A stretch of DNA of 64,000 bases, from positions 2,416,416 through 2,480,415 of the forward strand of contig OZ252007.1 in assembly GCA_965247415.1 (NCBI GenBank), read 5' to 3'. This DNA comes from Methylophilaceae bacterium. Lineage in GTDB: Bacteria > Pseudomonadota > Gammaproteobacteria > Burkholderiales > Methylophilaceae. Of this stretch, positions 1 through 12,390 are shown piece after piece. The translations under genes were made by a program, and so were the position numbers. Positions within the stretch are counted from its first letter, which is position 1; every line of letters begins with the position of its first letter. The notes below the pieces were generated by a model. The model saw only the letters and a program-made list of their open reading frames with translations. It was not told the origin of the DNA and made no database searches.

Positions 1-1
1 G

Positions 2-2275
2 CTGCAATTGCCAGACACACGCGAAATCACGGAAAAAGAAGCGCTGATTACCGCGGCTGAAACTCAATTAACGCTTAAAGAGCAAGAAGTACAAGCGTTA
101 ATGCAAAATGAGCAAACGCTCAATCTCACCTTAAAAAACGCGCGCGAAACGCATCAAACGCAGCAAAAATCATTGCTTCAATTAGAAGCGCAAATGACTT
201 CTTTAGAAAAAATTCAACAAAGCATTCGTGCCGGCAACAATGAAAATTCGCTCAATGGTTGGTTAAAAGAAGTCCGTTTGGATGGAAAAAACCGTTTGTG
301 GCAAAGTGTACGGATGCAAACAGGTTGGGAAACTGCACTAGAAGCCGTGCTGGGCGGAAAATTAAATGCGATTTTACAAAATGATATTAATCTTGAAGAA
401 GCTGGCAAAAAACGCCCACCCAGTGCGCTTACACTGATTTTTGAAGCGAATGCGTCGCCATTACAACAAAAGGCGTCCATACAACATCAGCCAACATTAT
501 TTGATTTAATTGAACAGATTAAGCCTGAAATTGCAACGGTGATTGATGAATGGCTTGCGGGCGTTTATGTGTTGGATGACCATGAAGACGCAACTGCGCG
601 GGCAAAAGAATTATCATCGGGTGCGTTGTTGGTGAATCGCCAAGGCGATATTTATAGCAAACACAGCGTTTCCTATTTTGGCCCGCAAACGATGTTGCAC
701 GGTGTGTTAGAGCGGCAAGCAGAGTTAGATAAGCTAACAAATTCATTGCCCACACTCAAAGCAGAAACAGAAGCCTCTCAGCAAAATTTGATGGCTGTTG
801 AGGCGCAATTAGCCACATTACGCAATGCGCAAAAAAATAGCCAAGATACTTTAAGAACCGCCACGCAAGCGTTACATCAGTTAAAACTGGGCTTGCAACA
901 GCTTATGCAGCAACAGCAAAATATGCTTGCACGGCAATCTGCATTAACCGCCGAACAACAATTTGCGCAACAAAAAAATAGCCAATTGGAAACGGAGAGT
1001 AAACATCAGCAAGAAAAATTAAGCGCGCTTGCGTTAGAAATTGAACAATTAAAAGCTGAAAAAATAGCGAGCGAAACTGAAAAAAACCGTGCTGAACAAA
1101 CCATGCACAGCGCAAGGCACAATTTGCGTCAACTTGAGCAATCTCACCAAGAAAAGCATTTTAATATGCGTTTATTAGAAAATAAATTGGCAGAATTAAA
1201 GACGCGGTTCACGCATTTAGACGAAGAAAAAACACATTTGCTTATACGTGAAACTGATTTAAACGCGCAGTTGAACAACGCAAATACTGAAGAAATTAAG
1301 CAACAATTAGAAACGGCGATTAATGTAAAAATTACTGCTGAAGCCGCGTTAGTGAAAGCGCGTGAAGCCCAACATGCAGCGGAAAATGCCTTGCAGCATC
1401 ATGAGCGCGAACGCATGAAAAATGAGCAAATGTTGCATCCGCTACGTGATAAATTAGAAGCAAGCCGTTTGGCGGAGCAAGAAGCGCGCTTACATTTTGA
1501 GCAATGTCAGGCAGATTTAATGGCTGCTGGCATGAGCGAGCAAACGCTGACAGAATCGTTACAATTACAACAGATTTCAGATGAAAATCGAACGCAAAAA
1601 ATAAAAACACTTGAAAATAATAAAACAAAACTGCTGCAAGAAATTGACGCGTTGGGTGCGGTGAACTTAGCCGCCATTCAAGAATTAGCCACAGAAGAAA
1701 CGCGGCGAAACATTTTGAACCATCAAAGTGAAGATTTAATTGAAGCGAGTGAAACCTTAGAAAACGCTATCAAAAAAATTGATAAAGAAACCCGTGGCCG
1801 CTTGCAAACCACATTTGATGAAGCCAATTTACATTTTAAATCCCTGTTTACAACCTTATTTGGTGGCGGAGAAGCGCGTTTAGAAATGCTGGGCGATGAA
1901 ATTTTAGATACTGGCATGCAAGTATTTGCGCAGCCACCAGGCAAAAAAAATAGCACCATTCATTTGCTCTCAGGCGGAGAAAAAGCACTGACGGCGCTGG
2001 CGCTGGTTTTTGCTTTATTTAAATTAAATCCAGCGCCATTTTGTTTAATGGACGAAGTGGATGCACCATTGGATGATAGTAATACAGAACGCTTTTGCAC
2101 GATGGTGAAACAAATGTCTGAAAAAACCCAATTTTTGTATGTAAGCCACAATAAAATTACCATGGAAATGGCCCAGCAACTCATCGGCGTTACCATGCAA
2201 GAATCGGGGGTTTCTCGGATTGTGGATGTCGATATGGAGCAAGCTGTTCGTTTGGTAGAAGATTTTACTCATTAA
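2..2275 (+). CDS. smc: chromosome segregation protein SMC, C-terminal ~755 aa (5' end lies outside window)
   Basis: The frame is open from the window edge. A long Q/E/L/K-rich coiled coil is followed by the ABC signature LSGGEKALTALALVFA and Walker B FCLMDEVDAPLD. It sits in the conserved smc-zipA-ligA arrangement. Confidence 0.93.
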   Translation: MQLPDTREITEKEALITAAETQLTLKEQEVQALMQNEQTLNLTLKNARETHQTQQKSLLQLEAQMTSLEKIQQSIRAGNNENSLNGWLKEVRLDGKNRLWQSVRMQTGWETALEAVLGGKLNAILQNDINLEEAGKKRPPSALTLIFEANASPLQQKASIQHQPTLFDLIEQIKPEIATVIDEWLAGVYVLDDHEDATARAKELSSGALLVNRQGDIYSKHSVSYFGPQTMLHGVLERQAELDKLTNSLPTLKAETEASQQNLMAVEAQLATLRNAQKNSQDTLRTATQALHQLKLGLQQLMQQQQNMLARQSALTAEQQFAQQKNSQLETESKHQQEKLSALALEIEQLKAEKIASETEKNRAEQTMHSARHNLRQLEQSHQEKHFNMRLLENKLAELKTRFTHLDEEKTHLLIRETDLNAQLNNANTEEIKQQLETAINVKITAEAALVKAREAQHAAENALQHHERERMKNEQMLHPLRDKLEASRLAEQEARLHFEQCQADLMAAGMSEQTLTESLQLQQISDENRTQKIKTLENNKTKLLQEIDALGAVNLAAIQELATEETRRNILNHQSEDLIEASETLENAIKKIDKETRGRLQTTFDEANLHFKSLFTTLFGGGEARLEMLGDEILDTGMQVFAQPPGKKNSTIHLLSGGEKALTALALVFALFKLNPAPFCLMDEVDAPLDDSNTERFCTMVKQMSEKTQFLYVSHNKITMEMAQQLIGVTMQESGVSRIVDVDMEQAVRLVEDFTH

Positions 2276-2276
2276 A

Positions 2277-2690
2277 GTGCGCACTTTTCTTTTAAACTTT
2301 TTGGTAGAAAATTATCAAATTATTTTGATTTGTCTCGCCTTCATTTTTTTATTGTTAAAAATGACTGTTCATTGGCAAGAAAAAATCTTGATTCATGAAA
2401 TCGATCAACTATTAACACCGATTGCGCATGATGTTTTGCTTGAAAAAAAATTACCCACGCCAAACCAAGGGCAACAGCATCTTGAAGCCGTTAAAAAAAC
2501 GTTGCGTGGAATTGATTTAAACGCAACAACAAAGCAAACTGAAATGCAAAAAAATATACATCATCAGAAAAATATTCAAAATAATATTCATGCTTCTAGT
2601 GTGCCAACAAAACAAAAAGATGCTTTTAATGCTGAGATTGATACTTTAATCAGTGATATGGAAAAGCGTGCGCAGTTACGCAAAAAATGA
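2277..2690 (+). CDS. hypothetical small membrane-anchored protein
   Basis: 137-aa ORF (GTG start) between smc and zipA with an N-terminal hydrophobic segment (IILICLAFIFLLL). I recognise no family and the start is uncertain. Confidence 0.3.
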   Translation: MRTFLLNFLVENYQIILICLAFIFLLLKMTVHWQEKILIHEIDQLLTPIAHDVLLEKKLPTPNQGQQHLEAVKKTLRGIDLNATTKQTEMQKNIHHQKNIQNNIHASSVPTKQKDAFNAEIDTLISDMEKRAQLRKK

Positions 2691-2802
2691 GATGTTGCTA
2701 TCAATCCTTAACAAATCAATTTAAACTAGTTGTAAAATTAAGTTTAAATAAATGCAATTTTTTATGTTTATAATTCATTTTTTTGATAGCAAATAAATTT
2801 AA

Positions 2803-4788
2803 TTGGCTGAAATTTTTAAGTTCAATATGTATAACCACTTCCATTTAAGCGCAATATTTTCTGTATCTTCAGCTTCTACGCTCGATACTATGACGGTGTT
2901 TTTTAATCATATTTTTGGAAGCAATCAAACGCCAGATGGATATTTAATGTATTTACTCGTCATGTGTGGACTTGTTGTTATTGGCTTGGTGTTTGTTTAT
3001 AACTGGTGGGAAGAGCGTCGGTTTAACGAACAGGTTGAAAAAAGTTTTTCACCCATTAAAAATGATGCGTTGTTAGATCAAAATAAAAAACAGTTTTTAG
3101 AAAAATTTTCTTCAACCACTGGTTATTTAAGTGACGTTCCAGAATCAGGAATTTTGCATAATAAGCATAGCGATCTTGCAACAGATCATCCTGAAGATCA
3201 CGCTAAATCAATTGATGACGTTTATTCAGAGCTTTTAGACACAATGTCTAAACGCACTAGCCAAAAAAATAAAGTACAAAATGATGTTGATATTTCTAGT
3301 GACACGCAGCCAATATCAAATATTGCTGCTACAGAAACACATTTGCCAGCTTTTGAGTCTGCATATGATGCAAAAGAAGAAATCACAATTGCTAAAGACC
3401 CTGTGCAACACAATGCAATTAAATCAATTATTGATCAAGTATTTAAAAATAAAGGTTTTTTAGGAAAGCCTATCGATACAATCTCGCCAACTATAGATTC
3501 CTCTCCATTTGAAACGCCATCAGCGCAAACGCAAGAGGCTGATTATTTTGTGAATCAGGATTTAACACCACAAACGTTGCCTTCGCAGAGTGCTCCTTCT
3601 CAACAGCCAGAAAAAACAGAATCTGTGTTGGATGCTTTTTTATCTGCAAAAAATGCCATGGAATCACAGGAAACTATAGAAGACTCTGAACCATTGGTTT
3701 TGAATGATCAAATTAAAGAAACGCAAGAGATTGAGTGGGTTGATGATCATGAATTACCGTTAACAACAACGCAAGAAGACAGCAATGCAATGGCTGAATT
3801 AATTGGCCTGAAAGTGGTTGCTAATGCGCCAACCATTCCTACGGTTGATGAAATTCCAACGGTTCATGAAATAGTGCCACAAGAAACCCGCACGCAAGAT
3901 TTAGACAATGCATCATTACCAAAACATTTTAATAGTCAAATAGATTTGATTGGATTGCTTGAGCTCAATACGGGAGCAGCGCTTGGTTTGTTGGTTGAAT
4001 CTTTTTCAGCGTTATATAAAGATTTTGATAAACCCGTTTCATTGCATGTGCAAGATGCGACTAGCCAATGGGTTTTGCTCAACCCTGCTACCGCGCATCA
4101 ATTGTCTCAACCAATTGCTGATCATCAAACAATACGCATTGCATGCGGCATGCAGCTTGCAGATAGAAGTGGTGCGGTTTCAAGAAATATGATTAATCGC
4201 TTTCAATTAGCTTTTGAAGCCATTGCCGTTAATATGGGTGGCCGCGTTGCTTGGCAAAATGAGACAGATGCTTTTTCTCAAGCCATGGCGCTGGATGCAT
4301 TTTGTATTGATGTTGATAAAACCATGTTTTTTCATCTGATGAATGAAGTTTCTGGCCCTTTTACGGGTACAAAATTAAAAGGCTTGGCTGAAGCGCAGGG
4401 AATGAAATTAGCCAATGATGGCTCTTTTAAATATTTTGACAAAAATGATGCAAATATTGCCGAAACGCCTTATGCAGAATTTGTCATGTTTAACCGTGAT
4501 AATCATCCGTTTAACCCTGAAATGTTGAGAACTTCAGTGGTTAAATCGGTGACGTTTCAATTAGATATCCCTCACACAAAATCCAATACACAGGCTTTAG
4601 ATCATATGCTGGCAGTCGCAAAATCACTTGAAGCGGGGCTGAATGCAGTTTTGGTCGATGATAATAATCGTCCGTTGGGTGGCCTGCAAATTGAAAAAAT
4701 TCGTGAGCAAATTAAATCTATTCATGCAACCATGCAGTTGCGTGGCATTGTGCCAGGCTCTGATCACGCACATCGCTTGTTTTCTTAA
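2803..4788 (+). CDS. zipA: cell division protein ZipA (long-linker form)
   Basis: Lies between smc and ligA. It has an N-terminal TM anchor (MYLLVMCGLVVIGLVFVYNWWEERRF), a long acidic P/Q/T/S-rich linker and a globular C-terminal domain. The TTG at 2803 is probably too far upstream; ATG at 2890 or 2947 is more likely. Confidence 0.75.
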   Translation: MAEIFKFNMYNHFHLSAIFSVSSASTLDTMTVFFNHIFGSNQTPDGYLMYLLVMCGLVVIGLVFVYNWWEERRFNEQVEKSFSPIKNDALLDQNKKQFLEKFSSTTGYLSDVPESGILHNKHSDLATDHPEDHAKSIDDVYSELLDTMSKRTSQKNKVQNDVDISSDTQPISNIAATETHLPAFESAYDAKEEITIAKDPVQHNAIKSIIDQVFKNKGFLGKPIDTISPTIDSSPFETPSAQTQEADYFVNQDLTPQTLPSQSAPSQQPEKTESVLDAFLSAKNAMESQETIEDSEPLVLNDQIKETQEIEWVDDHELPLTTTQEDSNAMAELIGLKVVANAPTIPTVDEIPTVHEIVPQETRTQDLDNASLPKHFNSQIDLIGLLELNTGAALGLLVESFSALYKDFDKPVSLHVQDATSQWVLLNPATAHQLSQPIADHQTIRIACGMQLADRSGAVSRNMINRFQLAFEAIAVNMGGRVAWQNETDAFSQAMALDAFCIDVDKTMFFHLMNEVSGPFTGTKLKGLAEAQGMKLANDGSFKYFDKNDANIAETPYAEFVMFNRDNHPFNPEMLRTSVVKSVTFQLDIPHTKSNTQALDHMLAVAKSLEAGLNAVLVDDNNRPLGGLQIEKIREQIKSIHATMQLRGIVPGSDHAHRLFS

Positions 4789-6888
<2,100 letters not shown>

Positions 6889-6955
6889 ATTTTTAGCAAA
6901 ATTTTTCATCAAATCATTGATTGTTAAATATAAATTTTAAAATAGAGAAAAAATA

Positions 6956-7876
6956 ATGAATAAATTCATTGAAAAAAAATTGTTAAAAAATATGTTAAGT
7001 ATTTTTATGATCGCGAGTTGCAATTTAGCTTTTGCACTTAACGATGAAGAAATTGCGTGTAATAAATCGCTCGACAATGGGGATGGGCAAAAAGCATTAA
7101 TGCAAGCAGAAAAATTACTCAAACAAAATTCAACCAATACCAATGCCTTACTTTGCCAAGGGCGTGCCTATCATTTAGTTGGTAAAGATGATGATGCAAT
7201 TAAAACGTATAAACTTGCTGAAACAAGTACAAAAGATGTTTATGACCAAGCCGTAGCAACCATTTTGGCAGGCAATATTTATAAGCGCTTACTGCAATAT
7301 CCACAAGCGCTAGAACGTTATCAGCAAGCCATTGTTTATGCGCAAAACGCTAAAAATAATGCATTACTTTTAGCGGCTTATTTAGGCATGGCTGATGTTT
7401 ATTCTGCAAAAAATGCGCCCATCCAAGCGCTTGAAAATTATCAAAAAGCGTATTCTTACGGCGCAAATGATAACGAACGCGGCGAAACCCTTGAAAAAGT
7501 TGCCGCCGCACATTTTAATTTAAAGCAATATCCGTTAGCGGTTGAACAAGAATTAAAAGCTTATATTATGTTAGAACGCTCTGGCACGCTTGATCAATTT
7601 GCGAATGCAAGCGTGACGTTAGGCCGCTATTATTTGCAAAACAATGATTATGTGGCTTCTGAAAAAATCTTAAATAAAATCATTAAATTTGCCCAAGAAA
7701 ATGGTGGGCCTTTTTATGAAGCGCAAGGCAGTTATGTTTTAGCGCTGGTAAAAGCGGCGCAAAATGATCAAGCAAGTGCAAAAGCTTTAGTTGAAAATGC
7801 GCGCAACATTGCCAAGAAAACACAAGACAAAGCGTTAGAAGCAGAAATTGACCGTGAAACCAAAAATATTTTCTAA
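6956..7876 (+). CDS. secreted TPR-repeat protein
   Basis: Signal peptide MNKFIEKKLLKNMLSIFMIASCNLAFA. TPR-like A/Y/L periodicity is repeated throughout (YHLVGKDDDAIKTYKLA, YQQAIVYAQ, ALENYQKAY). Confidence 0.6.
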   Translation: MNKFIEKKLLKNMLSIFMIASCNLAFALNDEEIACNKSLDNGDGQKALMQAEKLLKQNSTNTNALLCQGRAYHLVGKDDDAIKTYKLAETSTKDVYDQAVATILAGNIYKRLLQYPQALERYQQAIVYAQNAKNNALLLAAYLGMADVYSAKNAPIQALENYQKAYSYGANDNERGETLEKVAAAHFNLKQYPLAVEQELKAYIMLERSGTLDQFANASVTLGRYYLQNNDYVASEKILNKIIKFAQENGGPFYEAQGSYVLALVKAAQNDQASAKALVENARNIAKKTQDKALEAEIDRETKNIF

Positions 7877-7955
7877 TTAAAATGTGTAAGGAATTTTAAT
7901 TGCCAAAGACTAAACCTTAACTGGCTTTTTATTCTTTTCAATTTTGAGAGAAATT

Positions 7956-8984
7956 ATGATTATTTTACCTAAATCAGACATCATTCCATCTGAAATCACG
8001 CCGCAATCCGTTTTTGAGAATCGCAGAACTTTTATCAAGCAAGCTGGCTTTGGTTTGGCGGCGGGTTTAATCAGCCAGCCACTTTTTGCTGCGAACTTAA
8101 GTTCAGGCACAACCGAAGGCGCAGGGCGTTTAATTGGTAGAGCGAACGCACCAGTCACGGCAAAACCAGCCATTAATGGTAAAAAAATAAGTGGTGTGAC
8201 TAAAACCGAGTACGGTAAAGGTGAAAAGCTGACCGAGTTTAAAGATGTGACAAGCTACAATAATTTTTATGAGTTTGGCACTGATAAAAGCGAACCAGCG
8301 ATTAACGCACGACTCTTCAAAACCAACCCTTGGACGGTGGCAATTGAAGGCGAAGTGAAGCAAAACAAAACGCTTAATCTTGAAGATTTATACAAAAAAT
8401 TTCCGCTTGAAGAACGTATTTATCGCATGCGCTGTGTTGAAGGTTGGTCCATGGTAATTCCGTGGGTTGGATTATCTTTAGCCGCCCTTATTAAATGGGC
8501 CGAACCAACAGGCAATGCTAAATTTGTTGAATTTGTCAGTTATTCAGATCGACAACAAATGCCGGGTACCAATTTACCTATTTTAGATTGGCCTTACACA
8601 GAAGCATTGCGCTTGGATGAAGCCATGAATCCACTCACAATGTTAGCGGTTGGCTTGTATGGCGAGGTGTTGCCCAACCAAAATGGCGCACCTATTCGGC
8701 TAGTTGTGCCGTGGAAATACGGGTTTAAAGGCGCAAAATCAATCGTAAAAATCCGCTTTACAGAAAAAATGCCGCAAACCACTTGGATGAAAGCAGGCCC
8801 AACAGAATATGGTTTTTATGCAAATGTAAACCCTGAGGTTGATCACCCACGTTGGACGCAATCTTCTGAAAAACGGATTGGCAATGGTGTTTTTGCGGGG
8901 CGGATTAAAACTAAAATGTTTAACGGCTATGAAAATGAAGTAGGCCAACTTTATGCGGGGATGAATTTAGAGAAAAATTTCTAA
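7956..8984 (+). CDS. msrP: protein-methionine-sulfoxide reductase catalytic subunit MsrP (YedY), molybdopterin
   Basis: Tat-type leader (ENRRTFIKQAGFGLAAG), a YedY-like body (YNNFYEFG, RMRCVEGWS, PIRLVVPWKYGFK) and msrQ immediately downstream. The start is moved from TTG 7944 to ATG 7956. Confidence 0.9.
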   Translation: MIILPKSDIIPSEITPQSVFENRRTFIKQAGFGLAAGLISQPLFAANLSSGTTEGAGRLIGRANAPVTAKPAINGKKISGVTKTEYGKGEKLTEFKDVTSYNNFYEFGTDKSEPAINARLFKTNPWTVAIEGEVKQNKTLNLEDLYKKFPLEERIYRMRCVEGWSMVIPWVGLSLAALIKWAEPTGNAKFVEFVSYSDRQQMPGTNLPILDWPYTEALRLDEAMNPLTMLAVGLYGEVLPNQNGAPIRLVVPWKYGFKGAKSIVKIRFTEKMPQTTWMKAGPTEYGFYANVNPEVDHPRWTQSSEKRIGNGVFAGRIKTKMFNGYENEVGQLYAGMNLEKNF

Positions 8985-9025
8985 TCATCATTTTGATGAC
9001 CGCTTAAATTTTACGGCTATATTTT

Positions 9026-9646
9026 ATGTTAAAACAATTAAAAACACTCAACCAAAATCAAGTTAAAAACATAAAAATAGGATTGTTTATTTTATGTTTA
9101 TTACCAATATTACGTTTAGTTTGGCAAGGATTTAACGACAACTTAAGCGCAAACCCAATTGAGTTTATTGAACGCAACACAGGTTATTGGGCATTATTAA
9201 TATTACTCATCACTTTAAGTTTGACACCGCTTAGGCTAACAACCAAAATTATTTGGCCCGTTCAACTCAGGCGGATGCTGGGTCTTTTTATGTTTTTTTA
9301 TGCGGTTTTGCACCTTATCACCTATCTTTTTCTTGATTATAATTTTGAGTGGTCAGATATTTTAAAAGATATTATTAAACATCCCTATGTATTGGTTGGA
9401 TTTTCAGCCTTTATCTTAACCATTCCGCTTGCGGCAACTTCAAACAACGCCATGATTAAAAAACTGGGAACACGTTGGAAAACATTGCACAAATCAGTGT
9501 ATTTGATCGCAATTTTAGGCGTGATTCACTTTTGGTGGTTAGTTAAAAAAGATTTACGCGAACCCATTTTATTTGCAATCATTTTAACGCTACTGTTGCT
9601 CGTTAGAATTTACTTTAAATACAAAGTTGACTCCGTAAAAAAGTAA
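9026..9646 (+). CDS. msrQ: heme-binding membrane subunit MsrQ (YedZ)
   Basis: 206-aa polytopic membrane protein directly after msrP with ferric-reductase-like TM histidines (AVLHLITY, GVIHFWW). Confidence 0.85.
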   Translation: MLKQLKTLNQNQVKNIKIGLFILCLLPILRLVWQGFNDNLSANPIEFIERNTGYWALLILLITLSLTPLRLTTKIIWPVQLRRMLGLFMFFYAVLHLITYLFLDYNFEWSDILKDIIKHPYVLVGFSAFILTIPLAATSNNAMIKKLGTRWKTLHKSVYLIAILGVIHFWWLVKKDLREPILFAIILTLLLLVRIYFKYKVDSVKK

Positions 9647-9717
9647 CTAATTTTTGTAAGTAATTGAGTTGATTAGCGACTTATGAAAACAAATAAATAC
9701 AACTAGGGGAAAATTAA

Positions 9718-10239
9718 ATGCGCTCATCACTCAACTTAAAGCAACTTTGTGCATTTTATTGTCAGATCACGCAGCAACTCTCCAAAATCGCTCATGATGT
9801 TCCAAACTTTGTGTTGCGCTTGATTCTCGCATGGGAGTTTGGGGAAGCTGGATTTGAAAAACTGCATGGCACAAATTGGTTTGCAGACATCGGTTTCCCA
9901 TTTCCATTTAACTTATTGCCAGCTTCCATCAGTTGGAATGTCGCGCTTTCATTTGAAATTATTGGTGCAATTGCTCTGGTTTTAGGCTTTGCAACAAGAT
10001 TTTTTTCAATCGCATTATTTATTTTAACCATTGTTGCAATTGCCGCCGTGCATTGGCCTGACCATTGGACAACGTTCAATGAGCTATTCAAAGGCTATCG
10101 AATTATCGACGAAGAAAATGATGGTTTTGGTAATTACAAGCTACCGCTTCTTTATATGGTAATGTTTTTACCCTTAATTTTTGGTGGAGCAGGCAGGGTA
10201 AGTGTTGACCATTTTTTAAAACGCTTTTTTAAGAATTAA
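9718..10239 (+). CDS. DoxX-family membrane protein
   Basis: 173 aa with 4 predicted TM segments and a DoxX-like N-terminus (VLRLILAWEFGEAGFEKL). It is stand-alone, not next to an MNIO gene. Confidence 0.6.
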   Translation: MRSSLNLKQLCAFYCQITQQLSKIAHDVPNFVLRLILAWEFGEAGFEKLHGTNWFADIGFPFPFNLLPASISWNVALSFEIIGAIALVLGFATRFFSIALFILTIVAIAAVHWPDHWTTFNELFKGYRIIDEENDGFGNYKLPLLYMVMFLPLIFGGAGRVSVDHFLKRFFKN

Positions 10240-10374
10240 TCAACCAAAATTTTAAAACTAAAGTTTGATGGCTAACGCTGGAATAAATTGAAAATTCATG
10301 TAAAATAAAATTACGCTAAATAACGAGACTTACTTTAAGTTAATAAATCATTAACTTAAGCAGAACTATTAAAT

Positions 10375-10620
10375 ATGTTGATTAAATGCGCGTCTATTAT
10401 TCTTTACATTATTTCTCTTTTATTCTTAGTGTTTTTTTCTTTTGAATACTCGCTAAACAGTTGGAGCGAAGGCAATAATTTAAACTTTACATTATCAATG
10501 ATGCTGATAATTTTACTCATTGCGCTGATTGTTGTCGCTTGCTTCAATTTAATGACATCTATCAACATTTGGCGTGAAATGAAAAAATCAACCAAAGAGC
10601 TTGATCAAATTATCGATTAA
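10375..10620 (+). CDS. hypothetical small membrane protein
   Basis: 81-aa ORF with two hydrophobic segments in a very AT-rich stretch. I recognise no family. Confidence 0.25.
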   Translation: MLIKCASIILYIISLLFLVFFSFEYSLNSWSEGNNLNFTLSMMLIILLIALIVVACFNLMTSINIWREMKKSTKELDQIID

Positions 10621-10664
10621 GTATTCCATCTACTTTCTGCAATTTCTATAAGTAACTAAACGTA

Positions 10665-11405
10665 ATGTTAGCAATTATTGGTGGTACAGGCTTAACCCAG
10701 CTAGAAAACCTCAATATTAAAAAAAGGCTGATCGTCAGAACGCCCTTTGGTGATCCATCACAACCATTAATATTTGGAGAAATTTCTGGAAAAGAAGTGA
10801 TTTTTTTAGCCAGACATGGAAACGGTCACACCATCCCGCCACATGCGGTTAATTATCGGGCAAATATTCATGCGCTGCACGCGCAAGGTGTTACAGAAAT
10901 TGCAGCAATTGCGACTGTTGGCGGGATTCATCTAGCTTTATCAGCAGGTGTGATTGCAATTCCAACACAAATTATTGACTATACGCACGGCAGACAAAAT
11001 ACATTTTTTGATGGTGTCAGTTTACCTGTAAAACATATCGACTTTACCCATCCTTATTGTGAAAACCTTAGAAATAAATGGCTTAAAGCTGCAAAAAATG
11101 CAAATGAACCCATCATTAACGAGGGTGTTTATGCCGTTATGCAAGGCCCACGTTTAGAAACTGCAGCCGAAATTAACCGACTAGAACGTGACGGCGCAAC
11201 CATGGTAGGTATGACAGGCATGCCTGAAGCTGTACTTGCACGTGAACTTGGTATAAGTTACGCAGCCATATGCCCTGTGGCAAACCATGCAGCGGGAAGA
11301 GGCGATAGCGCAGAAGGAATTTTGTACGAAGATTTAATGCACCATCTTGATTTAACCATGAAGCGCGTTCGCAACATTATTACGCAATTAGTTTTGCTGG
11401 AATAA
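10665..11405 (+). CDS. S-methyl-5'-thioadenosine/thioinosine phosphorylase family (PNP family 2)
   Basis: 246 aa. N-terminal IIGGTGL, FLARHG..H.IPPH..NYRAN and MEGPRLET-like QGPRLETAAE motifs are typical of MTAP-type phosphorylases. Confidence 0.8.
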   Translation: MLAIIGGTGLTQLENLNIKKRLIVRTPFGDPSQPLIFGEISGKEVIFLARHGNGHTIPPHAVNYRANIHALHAQGVTEIAAIATVGGIHLALSAGVIAIPTQIIDYTHGRQNTFFDGVSLPVKHIDFTHPYCENLRNKWLKAAKNANEPIINEGVYAVMQGPRLETAAEINRLERDGATMVGMTGMPEAVLARELGISYAAICPVANHAAGRGDSAEGILYEDLMHHLDLTMKRVRNIITQLVLLE

Positions 11406-11407
11406 AT

Positions 11408-11956
11408 ATGGCGATTAGAAAAGTTTTGCGTATGGGCGAGCCTTGTTTACTTTTACAAGCACAAAAGGTCACAAACTTTAATACGCAAGAACTACATCAA
11501 TTAATTCAAGACATGGAAGACACCATGAACGCAATGAATGGCGCTGGCATTGCTGCGCCGCAAATTGGCGTGAGCTTAAGCGTCGTGATTTTTGGAAAAA
11601 AATCAGAAACTGAATCTGTGAACCCGCGCTACCCTGATGCCGAAAGTGTCCCTTACACCGTTCTAATTAATCCAACGCTAACGCCAATCACTGATGAAAT
11701 TGAAGAAGGCTGGGAAGGGTGTTTATCAGTTCCCAATATGCGCGGAATTGTGCCACGCTACAAAAAATTACAATATTCAGGTTATGATCAATACGGACAA
11801 AAAATTGAACGAACCGTACAAAATTTTCATGCGCGCGTTGTTCAACATGAATGCGATCACCTTGAAGGTATTTTGTACCCAATGCGCATCAAAAATTTAA
11901 AAGATTTTGGCTACACTGATGTTTTTTTTCCAAATCAGGATATTCAAGACGACTAA
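11408..11956 (+). CDS. def: peptide deformylase
   Basis: Has all three PDF motifs: GIAAPQIG, EGCLSVP and QHECDHLEG. Confidence 0.95.
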   Translation: MAIRKVLRMGEPCLLLQAQKVTNFNTQELHQLIQDMEDTMNAMNGAGIAAPQIGVSLSVVIFGKKSETESVNPRYPDAESVPYTVLINPTLTPITDEIEEGWEGCLSVPNMRGIVPRYKKLQYSGYDQYGQKIERTVQNFHARVVQHECDHLEGILYPMRIKNLKDFGYTDVFFPNQDIQDD

Positions 11957-12019
11957 TTCTTTGCTATAATGCGGTCTTTCGTTAAACAAGTTCTTGTTAA
12001 CGTCAAAAAATTCAAATAC

Positions 12020-12109
12020 GGAAGAGTGGCAGAGCGGTTTAATGCTACAGTCTTGAAAACTGTCGTGGGTGCGAGCCCACCGTGAGTTCGAATCTCACCT
12101 CTTCCGCCA
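12020..12109 (+). tRNA. tRNA-Ser (anticodon UGA), with encoded CCA
   Basis: Hand-folded: acceptor GGAAGAG/CTCTTCC, anticodon stem ACAGT/ACTGT with loop CTTGAAA (anticodon TGA), long class-II variable arm, T-arm GTGAG-TTCGAAT-CTCAC and terminal GCCA. Confidence 0.95.
12081..12109 (+). repeat. attL core: 3' 29 nt of tRNA-Ser, repeated exactly at 44654-44682
   Basis: CGTGAGTTCGAATCTCACCTCTTCCGCCA occurs at both positions. The flanking bases differ on both sides. Confidence 0.9.
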
Positions 12110-12129
12110 GAATAACTAAGCCAGTACTC

Positions 12130-12390
12130 GTTCTAAGAAGTGCAGGTTTTTTTTGGGCTAAATTTGGGCTATTTAGCCTCGAATTGATGTTATTGATCTC
12201 ATTTGAGTTGTCTGACAATTCTATCCACCGAGCATAAACTTCTAGCAACATTTTCATGTTTACGTGGCCCATCTGTTTTGACACCTACATCGGAGCTCCG
12301 ATCACCTAGCGCCTTTCTTGGAGTGAAATACAACAAGCCTATATCACCGTTTCTGAGCATACCCGCAGTAAAAGTTAATCTTAAGTCAGT
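12130..12390 (-). pseudogene. tyrosine recombinase (integrase) C-terminal remnant
   Basis: Minus-strand translation gives ..DLRLTFTAGMLRNGD.. then an in-frame TAG (12285-12287), then SKQMGHVNMKMLLEVYARWI. These match the box II pattern (HxLRHTF.....G......LGH.....T..Y). No intact N-terminal domain is present upstream. Boundaries are approximate. Confidence 0.6.
12152..12171 (+). repeat. 20-bp motif TTTGGGCTAAATTTGGGCTA (2 x 10-bp TTTGGGCTA unit), copy 1
   Basis: Identical 20-mer at 44554-44573. Both copies lie inside the island, 42 bp from the attL core and 80 bp from the attR core. Confidence 0.8.

Noticed and set aside
9718-10239. DoxX gene next to msrPQ as a possible third MNIO-type locus
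   Set aside because: No DUF692, DUF2063 or Cys-rich precursor gene is adjacent. DoxX proteins occur widely on their own.
12045-12284. 79-aa minus-strand ORF running through the tRNA-Ser gene
   Set aside because: Only its N-terminal ~20 residues (integrase box II remnant) look genuine. The rest is read-through of non-coding DNA and the tRNA antisense strand. I annotated it as part of an integrase pseudogene instead.
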